Made by a program: the position numbers and the translations under genes
NCBI GenBank assembly: GCA_963719315.1
Contig: CAVRBU010000004.1
Span: 128,001 to 192,000, forward strand
DNA: 64,000 nt
Reading direction: 5' to 3'
From: an uncultured Planctomycetota bacterium
Lineage (GTDB): Bacteria; Planctomycetota; Planctomycetia; Pirellulales; Lacipirellulaceae
Shown: in pieces, positions 56,215 to 64,000 of the stretch
How the letters are laid out: every line of letters starts with the position of its first letter
Position numbering within the stretch: the first letter of the stretch is position 1
The notes under the pieces: model-generated
What the model saw: the letters and a program-made list of their open reading frames with translations, nothing else
What the model was told of the DNA's origin: nothing
The model's database searches: none

Positions 56215-58467
56215 ATGTTGAGCACAACACGACAAAATGTCTTTTGGATCGTGCCTTGGGCAATCGCCGTGATTGGCACTGCGAGTGTCGCGCACGCCGA
56301 CGACAAAGTCACGTACGATGACCACGTCGCGCCGATTTTTCGCCAGCGTTGCGGCTCGTGTCACAATCCGACGGCGAAAAAAGCCGACCTCGATGTCACC
56401 AACTATCTCAAGTTGATGCAGGGCGGGGCGTCGGGGGCTGCCATCGAACCTGGCGATGCCGACGGCAGCTACCTGTTTACGCTCGTCACGCACCAGGCTG
56501 AGCCGTTCATGCCGCAAAAAGCCGACAAGTTGCCCGATGCCGAGATCGATATGCTGCGCCGCTGGATCGTCGGCGGCGCGCTCGAAAACGCCGGCAGCAA
56601 GGCGGCCATGCCGAAGCCGAAGATGGTGGTGGCTGCCCAAGCGGCATCCGGCACGCGGCCGGAAGTGATTCCGCTTCCGCCGCGGATGGTGCTGGAGCCG
56701 GCGTTCCATCTCGCCAAGGCGCCGATGGCCCGCTCCGTCGCGACAAGTCCTTGGGCGCCGCTGGTGGCCGTTACCAGTCAGCGGCAAGTGCTGCTTTACA
56801 ATACGAAGTCACTCGAGCTGGTTGGCGTTTTTCCATTTCCCGAAGGCCAACCGAACGTCGTTCGGTTCAGTCGCGATGGTCGGCTGTTGCTCGCCGGCGG
56901 CGGCCGACCGGCCGCTAGCGGCAAGGTCGTCGTTTGGGATATCACCACGGGCGAGCGAGTATTTGAAGTCGGCAAGGAGCTGGACGTCGTGTTGGCGGCC
57001 GACATCAGCGCGGATCACAAGCTGATCGCGCTCGGCGGACCACAACGTCGGGTGAAAGTTTACTCGACCGAGACGGGCGAGTTGAAGTACGAAATCGCCA
57101 AGCACACCGATTGGGTCCTCGCGACCGAGTTCAGTCCCGATGGCGTCCTGCTAGCGACCGCTGACCGTAACGGGGGATTGTGCGTCTGGGAAGCGGAGAC
57201 CGGCCACGAATACCTCACGCTCACCGGCCACACTGCGGCCGTCAACGCCGTGGCGTGGCGCGGCGATTCCAACATTCTGGCATCCGCTTCGGAAGATGCG
57301 ACGGTATGGCTGTGGGAAATGGAAAACGGCACCGCGGTTAAAAAGTGGAACGCCAAGTCGCCGTTGGCTTCCATGGATTTCACGCGTGACGGCAGCCTTG
57401 TGACGGGCGGGCGCGATGGCATCCTGCGGTTGTGGAATCAAGAGGGCCAGCCGATCAAGGAAACGCAGTCGATCGGCGATATGGTGGTGAGCGTAGCATT
57501 CTGTGACGAAGCAAAGCGGGCGATCGCCGCGAGTTGGTCCGGCGCCCTACAGATATTCAAGGCGGAAGATGCCGCCCCTGTTGGCAGCCTGGCCACGAAC
57601 CCACCGATGCTCGACGAGCGTTTGGCCGCGGCCAAAGCAACGTTGCAGCAGAAGACAGCGGCGTGCACGCCGCTCACCGAAGTCAAACAGAAGGCCGAGG
57701 GCGAACTTAAGAACGCCGCGGCTGCCGTCGCGACGGCACAACAAAAAGCCGCCGAGTTGCAGGCCAAGGCCGCGTCGTTGGCGGCGGAAGTGAACAAGAT
57801 CGGGCAATCGCGGACAGCAAACGATGCTGAGCGGACAAAAGTCGCCACAACGATTTCGCAGAACGAAGCAGCACGCCCACTCGTCGGCGAAGCATTGCGA
57901 CACGTCGTCGAGGCGCTCGGCAAAGTACCGAACGACGCGAAATTGGCTGAAGTGCAACGGCAATTGACCGAGCAGCAAAAAATCATGGAGGACGGGTCCG
58001 CGAGTTTGCAAACCAAGCTCGCGGAATTGACGACGGCCATCGCAAACGACGATGCCCAACTCAAGTCACTGAACGCACAGCTCGAAGAGGCTGGCAAAGA
58101 GTCGGCGGCCGCGGCTGAACAGTTGAAGACTTTGCAATCGCAAAACGAACAAGTTGCGAAGGCATTGGCTGCTGCGCAACAAGCTGCAGTGCCGGCCGAG
58201 GCCGAGTTGGCGGCCGCTCAACAGGCTGTGGTTCGCTGGACAGACGAGATCGCCTTCCGCGACCAGATGGCGGCACTTCACAAGGAACTCGATGCCGCCA
58301 GCAAACTGGCCGCCGCACGACAGGCCGAGCTGGATCAAGCGAACAAACAACTCTCGGCCGTTCAATCGCTCGCATCTGCCGCGAAGAAGCAGGCGGACGA
58401 TGCCGCGCAAGGCGTGGATGCAGTGACCGCAAAAATCCGGGCAGCCCAATCTGCTGGCGCGAAATAA
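56215..58467 (+). CDS. PSCyt1 cytochrome c + WD40 + long coiled-coil protein (module B)
   Basis: CGSCHN, MP, WD repeats (KHTDWV..FSPDG, GHTAAV), about 290 aa Ala/Glu/Lys/Gln-rich C-terminus. Confidence 0.9.
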   Translation: MLSTTRQNVFWIVPWAIAVIGTASVAHADDKVTYDDHVAPIFRQRCGSCHNPTAKKADLDVTNYLKLMQGGASGAAIEPGDADGSYLFTLVTHQAEPFMPQKADKLPDAEIDMLRRWIVGGALENAGSKAAMPKPKMVVAAQAASGTRPEVIPLPPRMVLEPAFHLAKAPMARSVATSPWAPLVAVTSQRQVLLYNTKSLELVGVFPFPEGQPNVVRFSRDGRLLLAGGGRPAASGKVVVWDITTGERVFEVGKELDVVLAADISADHKLIALGGPQRRVKVYSTETGELKYEIAKHTDWVLATEFSPDGVLLATADRNGGLCVWEAETGHEYLTLTGHTAAVNAVAWRGDSNILASASEDATVWLWEMENGTAVKKWNAKSPLASMDFTRDGSLVTGGRDGILRLWNQEGQPIKETQSIGDMVVSVAFCDEAKRAIAASWSGALQIFKAEDAAPVGSLATNPPMLDERLAAAKATLQQKTAACTPLTEVKQKAEGELKNAAAAVATAQQKAAELQAKAASLAAEVNKIGQSRTANDAERTKVATTISQNEAARPLVGEALRHVVEALGKVPNDAKLAEVQRQLTEQQKIMEDGSASLQTKLAELTTAIANDDAQLKSLNAQLEEAGKESAAAAEQLKTLQSQNEQVAKALAAAQQAAVPAEAELAAAQQAVVRWTDEIAFRDQMAALHKELDAASKLAAARQAELDQANKQLSAVQSLASAAKKQADDAAQGVDAVTAKIRAAQSAGAK

Positions 58468-58752
58468 GCGTTAAGCTGCCGATTGGCGTGTCACCGCGCA
58501 GGCTGGTCGCGCCTCGGTCATGTAGAATAGAAGCCAATTATCCGCAGCGTACAGCGCCATGAATCAACCGCCGGGGCCCGCGGTGCTCCGACGCGCGTCC
58601 GCTGCTGCGAGGCCACGGCGGCTATGCCGCAAGGTTTATTTTACCTCTCGATAAGTCGCAAATTGTTGGTTTGGGCGATTGGGTATACTGGATCCTTGTC
58701 CGAGTAAACTATCAACCTGATCGGGTGCTTGATCGTGCGTTGCGTACGACAC

Positions 58753-60267
58753 ATGCGTTCTCGCGTTATAGGGCTTGTTTTGCTGATGCTGGCGTGGGCA
58801 GCGCCACCCGCGCGGGCCTACGATACCAACTCGCCTTATGGGGTCGTCGCGTTCATCCCATCGCCGACGCGGTTCGATGCGATGAAGGATGCGAACATCG
58901 GCTGGGGGCGATACGACTTTTCCTGGCGCAGTGTCGAGGCGATCAGCAAGGGCACGTACAACTGGGCGGTCCAGGATTACGCCGTGGCCGAAGTCAATGC
59001 TCGTGGACTGAAGATTTATGCCGGACTCGGATATACGCCCACCTGGGCCTCCGCTGGTGGCAATTCAAACGATCCCCCCGCCAATACCCAGGATTGGTAC
59101 GACTATGTCTTTGCTACCGTGAGTCGCTATAAGGATTCCATCCATTACTGGGAGTTGTGGAACGAACCCAACTTGAGGCAATTCTGGAACGGCACGCAGG
59201 CCCAGTACATCAATCTCCTCAAGGTCGGGGCCGACGCGGCCCATGCCGCCGATCCCGATTGCTTCGTGCTGGCCCCGGAGCTCTCCAGCGCCGGTCCCGC
59301 GAGCAGTTGGATGACCAACATCTTGCAACAGGCCGGCAATAAGATCGACATCATATCGTATCACCAATATGACGGCGGCGATATCCCCTCGGGCCGGCTC
59401 GCCGGTATCGATAATATGCACAACGCCATCGTGGCGGCGGGCTACGCCAATAAACCAATTTGGATCACCGAGAGCGGCTGGGCGTCGGATGATATCGGCG
59501 ACCAGCAACAGGCGAATAACCTGGTGGCGATGCTGGATGGCATGCCCTCGCGCCCGTGGTGGAAGAAATTCTTTTGGTATCAGATTTGGGAGGGGTCTAC
59601 GGACCGGGCCGGACTGCTCCATCAAAACGAAACGCCCAAACCCAGTTGGTATGCCTATCGCGATTACACGTTAGCCCACCCCGCTCCGCAGATGGTCTCG
59701 GTCAATCTAAGCACCGCGGATATCGTGGACGGCATAAACCTGGTCACGGTGGACGATGGCAACACCACGCCGGACGGCAAAGCCAGCCGTAGTTGTCGAA
59801 GAAACACCGACGCGGCCGGCGGCGATTATTACATGTACTTCAATGTTTCCGACGCGTTCGCGTTCCAAGGCAGCCGTCCTGTCGTGGCCATCGATGTGGA
59901 TTATTACGACCTTGGCACTGGGACGCTGACGCTGCAGTACGACTCGATAGGAGGTGGCGCGTACAAGAGCGCCGGCTCGTTCACGCTGGGGAACAAGGAC
60001 ACTTGGAAGCAATTCACGTTTTATGTCACAGACGCGTATTTTGGCAATCGTCAGAACAATGGCGCCGACTTCCGCATCTTTGGCGGCGTGGGGACGACGT
60101 TCTATCTCGACTTAATTCAGTTGAGTGCGGTGCAAATCGTTCCAGAGCCGGCCACTACTCCTGCCGTCCTGATTGTAATGGCTGCACTCAAACTGAGGCG
60201 AACGGCGCAAAAGAGATCGCATCCGCGGCACAACAAACGTACCACTTGCGGTGTTGTAGAGCCGTAG
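58753..60267 (+). CDS. Clan GH-A glycoside hydrolase (GH5/GH39-like) with beta-rich domain and PEP-CTERM-like tail
   Basis: Signal peptide; WELWNEPN (acid/base), SYHQY, PIWITESG (nucleophile); VPEP followed by a hydrophobic stretch and basic residues. Confidence 0.85.
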   Translation: MRSRVIGLVLLMLAWAAPPARAYDTNSPYGVVAFIPSPTRFDAMKDANIGWGRYDFSWRSVEAISKGTYNWAVQDYAVAEVNARGLKIYAGLGYTPTWASAGGNSNDPPANTQDWYDYVFATVSRYKDSIHYWELWNEPNLRQFWNGTQAQYINLLKVGADAAHAADPDCFVLAPELSSAGPASSWMTNILQQAGNKIDIISYHQYDGGDIPSGRLAGIDNMHNAIVAAGYANKPIWITESGWASDDIGDQQQANNLVAMLDGMPSRPWWKKFFWYQIWEGSTDRAGLLHQNETPKPSWYAYRDYTLAHPAPQMVSVNLSTADIVDGINLVTVDDGNTTPDGKASRSCRRNTDAAGGDYYMYFNVSDAFAFQGSRPVVAIDVDYYDLGTGTLTLQYDSIGGGAYKSAGSFTLGNKDTWKQFTFYVTDAYFGNRQNNGADFRIFGGVGTTFYLDLIQLSAVQIVPEPATTPAVLIVMAALKLRRTAQKRSHPRHNKRTTCGVVEP

Positions 60268-60633
60268 TTCTGGAAGCGGCAGAGGCAGGGGTCAGTTGGC
60301 TGAGGTTTTGGCAGCACGCGAGTGCGAAACGCGTTTTGGGAATCTGGTGTCGGGACGGTGGGTCTGGCCGTCGTCGGAAGGTCAGGGCGGTGGGAACGAA
60401 GACAAAATTGATCGCAGTAGATACGCTCAATCTCGATCACCTGCCGACTTTAACAAGGCCAATTGTGATCTTCGTATTCTATGGAAATAGAGTACGTGTA
60501 CAGATGCTATTAGAACTACTGTTTTTCAGTCTTGGGTTTTGACATGGAAGTCGCATTGGCTGGATGAGGGAATGGCTGCCGCATAATAGGTCTCCGGCCA
60601 ACAAGAGCAATAGAATTAGACGGGAAGGCACGG

Positions 60634-62706
60634 CTAATCGGCCGAAGCTTCGGGACCCAACACGGCCTCAGCCAACACTTCCGCGATATCGCGCACGTGG
60701 ACTTCCGGTTTTTCCGCGGCGAGTCCGTCGCCGAGCATGATGAGGCAGAAGGGGCAGGAGACGGCAACAGTTTCCGCTCCGGAATCGGCGATTTCCCGCA
60801 CCCGGCTCTGACCGACGCGTTGCGCGAGCGTATCGTCAAACCACATCCGTCCGCCGCCGGCGCCGCAGCAGGAAGTTTGCCGCCGATTGCGCGGCAACTC
60901 GATGATCGGTAACGCGCCAGGTTTGTATGCCGCCGCGGCAAGAATCGTACGGGGCGGTTCGGTGACGCCGCCCACCCGCGAAAGATAGCAGGGGTCGTGG
61001 TAAGTAGTCGAAGCGCCGTCGGTTGCGCCGTTGGCAGTAGGCTTTAGTCGGCCTTGTTCTACCAACTCGGAAAGTAGCTGACTGTGATGAATGACCTCGT
61101 ACTGTCCACCGGCTTGCGGATAGTCGTTGCACAAGCTGTTGACGCAGTGGGGACAATGGGCAACGATCCGACGTACGCCGCGCTGCGCCAATGTTGTCAC
61201 GTTTTGTTGGGCAAGCTGCTGGAAAAGCAACTCATCGCCCATGCGGCGGGCCGATTCTCCCGTGCAGCGTTCTTCGGCGCCCAATACGGCGAAGTCGACG
61301 TTCGCGGCTTGAAGCAAGCGTACGAAACTGCGGGCGACTTTTTGTACGCGCCGATCGTACGCCGCCGCGCAGCCAACCCAGTACACGATTTCGAATTCGG
61401 AGCGTTCGCTGGCGAGCGGCACGTCCAGACCAGCCGCCCACGCCATCCGTTCGCCCGGCGCCATCCCCCAGGGATTCCCGGCGCGGTCGGTTTTTTGAAG
61501 CGCCGCGGCGGGCGAACCCCGCAATGCGCCTTCGCCGATCAAATTCCGGCGCATATCGGTGATCATGCGCAGCGGGCTTACGCCAAGCGGGCAGACATCG
61601 GCGCACGCCCCACAGGTCGTGCAGGACCAGAGCGTTTCGGCCGCGATCGGTTCGCCATGTATATTTTGTTGCGTCCCGTCTCGATTCATCACGTCGACCA
61701 AATCTTGGACGACGTTTCTGGGAGAGAGCGGCTTGCCGGCCTCGAAGGCGGGACAACTATCTTCGCAGCGACCGCAGGAAACGCAAGCGTCGAGCTCAAT
61801 CAATTGGCGATAAGTGAAGTCCGCCAATTTTGCCGCGCCAATTTGGCCAGTGGTTTCTACTTCCTCCATCGTAATGGGAGTCATCGTGCCCGGCGCGTGG
61901 TCGCGAATCGCGAGATTTACGACCCCGGCAATCGAGTGCAGCATGCGGGAGTAGGGCATTAGTGCAATAAAGCCCAGCGCAAGGAACGCATGAAACCACC
62001 ACAGCACCAGGTGGATTTGCCCTGCCGATTCCACAGTTACACCGGACCAGGCAAAGGCAGCGGCACAGGCGAATCCGACGGGCGACAAACCGGGGAACGG
62101 AGTCTGGGCATAGATAATTCGCAGACCTTCGACGAGATATCCCGTGACGCCGATCGCGACGAGCGACAACAGGATCGCGACATCGGCCGAGCCGCGGGCG
62201 AAACTGCCGCGGTCGCGCCACCGCCGGGCTAGAAACATCACGCAGCCGGCGATCATGGCGATGCCAAAAACATCCAAAACCAGCTCATAGACACCAAAAT
62301 ACACGCCTTTGTGAAACACCGGGTCGGTTGCCTCGCGGCCCAAAGCTGCAGCTAGCAGATGCTCGACGGAAATCAGTGTCGTGCCGATGAAGAGGACAAA
62401 GAAACCGCTGAAGAGCAGCACATGTGCCAGACTTGCGGCGCCGCGGCCCCAAATGCGGCGCTGCAGAATGACCTCGTTGATAATGCGGTGGCCGGCCAAT
62501 TTCCAATTGACTCGGCTGTTCGACTGCCGCCCCTGTCGCCAAAGCCGCGCGCGGCGCAGAATCCCGTACAACCAAACACACACCGCGGCTGCGGCCACCA
62601 GATAAAACAAAGTTTGCGCCCAGTTCGGCACATTGCCGAAGATCTGTCTGGTCAATTGCACGGGAGGGGCCGACGCAAGGGCATCAGCCCGGGACATGGG
62701 CGGCAT
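60634..62706 (-). CDS. FadF-like membrane Fe-S oxidoreductase (TM domain + 2x[4Fe-4S] + two CCG domains)
   Basis: TM helices; CVSCGRCEDSCP, CTTCGACADVCP, VGC, CPHC, YHDPC, CCGAGGG, SCPFC. Confidence 0.92.
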   Translation of the reverse strand: MPPMSRADALASAPPVQLTRQIFGNVPNWAQTLFYLVAAAAVCVWLYGILRRARLWRQGRQSNSRVNWKLAGHRIINEVILQRRIWGRGAASLAHVLLFSGFFVLFIGTTLISVEHLLAAALGREATDPVFHKGVYFGVYELVLDVFGIAMIAGCVMFLARRWRDRGSFARGSADVAILLSLVAIGVTGYLVEGLRIIYAQTPFPGLSPVGFACAAAFAWSGVTVESAGQIHLVLWWFHAFLALGFIALMPYSRMLHSIAGVVNLAIRDHAPGTMTPITMEEVETTGQIGAAKLADFTYRQLIELDACVSCGRCEDSCPAFEAGKPLSPRNVVQDLVDVMNRDGTQQNIHGEPIAAETLWSCTTCGACADVCPLGVSPLRMITDMRRNLIGEGALRGSPAAALQKTDRAGNPWGMAPGERMAWAAGLDVPLASERSEFEIVYWVGCAAAYDRRVQKVARSFVRLLQAANVDFAVLGAEERCTGESARRMGDELLFQQLAQQNVTTLAQRGVRRIVAHCPHCVNSLCNDYPQAGGQYEVIHHSQLLSELVEQGRLKPTANGATDGASTTYHDPCYLSRVGGVTEPPRTILAAAAYKPGALPIIELPRNRRQTSCCGAGGGRMWFDDTLAQRVGQSRVREIADSGAETVAVSCPFCLIMLGDGLAAEKPEVHVRDIAEVLAEAVLGPEASAD

Positions 62707-63670
62707 GATTTTGCAACTTTTCGATAAGTTGGGGCACGATTTGATACGCGTCGCCTACCAAACCGTAATCGGCGACGTCGAAGATCGGCGCGTCCGGATC
62801 GCTGTTGATTGCCACAATCGTGCGCGAATTCTTCATGCCTGCCAAATGTTGCACGGCGCCGGAGATTCCCACGGCGATGTAGAGTTCAGGCGCCACGATT
62901 TTACCAGTTTGGCCGACCTGAAGCTCGTTGGGAGTAATGCCTGCGTCGACCAGCGCGCGCGAACTACCCACCGCACCGCCGAGGACATCCGCCAGGCGGC
63001 CGACCAAACGCTCAAAATCTTTGCTGTTCTTGAGCGCCCGGCCGCCGGAAACGACAATCCGGGCTTCGGAAACATCGGGGCGACTGTTCTGCTTGGATTT
63101 GAGTCCCTCGTAGCAAACGCGGGTGGCGAGCGCCGCGGCATCCAATTCGATTCGTTCAATGGAATGAGCTTGCAACTTTTCACTCGTGGCGGCCGGATAG
63201 GACGGAGCACGGACCGTCACCACTTGCGGCGATCCGCTAAGGCGAATCGTGGTGGTCACTGCCCCCGCGTATTGTGGACAGTCGAACTGCAGCCTCCCAT
63301 TAGCTACCTCATGCCGGACGACCTCGCTGGCCATGGCGCCGCCCAAGAGCGCGGCAGCGCGCGGCAAAATATCCTTTGAAAAAGTTGACGACGCGGCGGT
63401 GACGAGATCGAATCCGCGCTCGTGCGCAATCTTTGCGATCGCGCGCGCATGCGGCTCTGCCAACGGATTGGCTAACAGTGGAGAATCCACAGCCAGAACC
63501 GGCGCGAGAAAAGCGGCCTCCGCTATCACATTGCCGATTACGTTCCCGAGCACTAGCCAGGTTACATCGCCGCCCATTGCACCCGCGACGGCCTGGGCGA
63601 AAGTGAGACAGGAGAGACTGGCTCCGCGAAGTGCGATTCCATCGTGCTCGGCGACAACTAGAATCCGCAT
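62684..63670 (-). CDS. etfA: Electron transfer flavoprotein alpha subunit
   Basis: [45 protein letters not shown]. Confidence 0.95.
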   Translation of the reverse strand: MRILVVAEHDGIALRGASLSCLTFAQAVAGAMGGDVTWLVLGNVIGNVIAEAAFLAPVLAVDSPLLANPLAEPHARAIAKIAHERGFDLVTAASSTFSKDILPRAAALLGGAMASEVVRHEVANGRLQFDCPQYAGAVTTTIRLSGSPQVVTVRAPSYPAATSEKLQAHSIERIELDAAALATRVCYEGLKSKQNSRPDVSEARIVVSGGRALKNSKDFERLVGRLADVLGGAVGSSRALVDAGITPNELQVGQTGKIVAPELYIAVGISGAVQHLAGMKNSRTIVAINSDPDAPIFDVADYGLVGDAYQIVPQLIEKLQNHAAHVPG

Positions 63671-63693
63671 AGATTGTTCCAAGCGTGCTGGCT

Positions 63694-64000
63694 TCAGCCA
63701 GATTGATGCAGAACGGCGTCTGGGCCGGAAAGTCGATCGACCAACTCGTCAACTGAACCGAGGCGCTCGCAGCGCCGCCGCGTATCGGTCGAACAATAAC
63801 GGAGTACCTCAACGCGCGGCTCGATGGCCACGTTCAAATCGCTCTCGGTGATGATATCGAGTTGCTTCTTGCGGGCTTTCATGATGCCGGCCATTGATGC
63901 ATAGCGAGGCTCGTTTAGTCGCAAATCGGTGGTAACAACCGCGGGCAACGGAAGCCGTAACTGCTCGATGCCATGGTCGGTTTCGCGATCAACGGAGATT
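63694..64000 (-). CDS. etfB: Electron transfer flavoprotein beta subunit (5'-partial)
   Basis: REtD.G.E.L...LPAVVTTDLRLNEPRYASM.GIMKA.KK. Confidence 0.93.
   Translation of the reverse strand, partial: ISVDRETDHGIEQLRLPLPAVVTTDLRLNEPRYASMAGIMKARKKQLDIITESDLNVAIEPRVEVLRYCSTDTRRRCERLGSVDELVDRLSGPDAVLHQSG

Overview
Bacterial DNA of roughly 60% GC (estimated by eye), almost certainly from a planctomycete: it carries three DUF1501 genes, three DUF1549/DUF1553 genes, PSCyt1 cytochromes, PPC-domain proteins and PEP-CTERM tails. Layout: (i) 1-20.8 kb, mostly exported hydrolases (sialidase-like, polysaccharide deacetylase, esterases, serine hydrolase, DUF5060/pectate-lyase fusion, CehA/McbA metallohydrolase, DMFase-beta-like) plus a cytochrome-DUF1549/1553 + DUF1501 pair; (ii) 21.3-28.3 kb, a decaying redox/electrophile-stress gene patch ending in an intact IS5-family element (16-bp IRs, TTA duplication); (iii) 28.4-40.9 kb, more exported enzymes and two Gfo/Idh/MocA oxidoreductases; (iv) 40.9-58.5 kb, two paralogous four-gene modules (DUF1501, PPC protein, Ig-DUF1549/1553, cytochrome c-WD40), the first interrupted by a gene relic and a toxin-antitoxin pair; (v) a PEP-CTERM clan GH-A hydrolase and an ETF/FadF-like Fe-S operon. 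The strongest leads are three divergent paralogs of an exported beta-propeller + helical-domain family I cannot assign a function (motifs SDNDG, WKxxTSSDE, DxDGxPTxW, WLxxYWM), and the duplicated haem-c/Tat four-gene module. About ten 1-2 nt frameshifts in otherwise intact genes suggest uncorrected long-read indels, so pseudogene calls need read-level checking. No rRNA, tRNA or CRISPR array was seen. All family calls come from motif recognition, not database searches.
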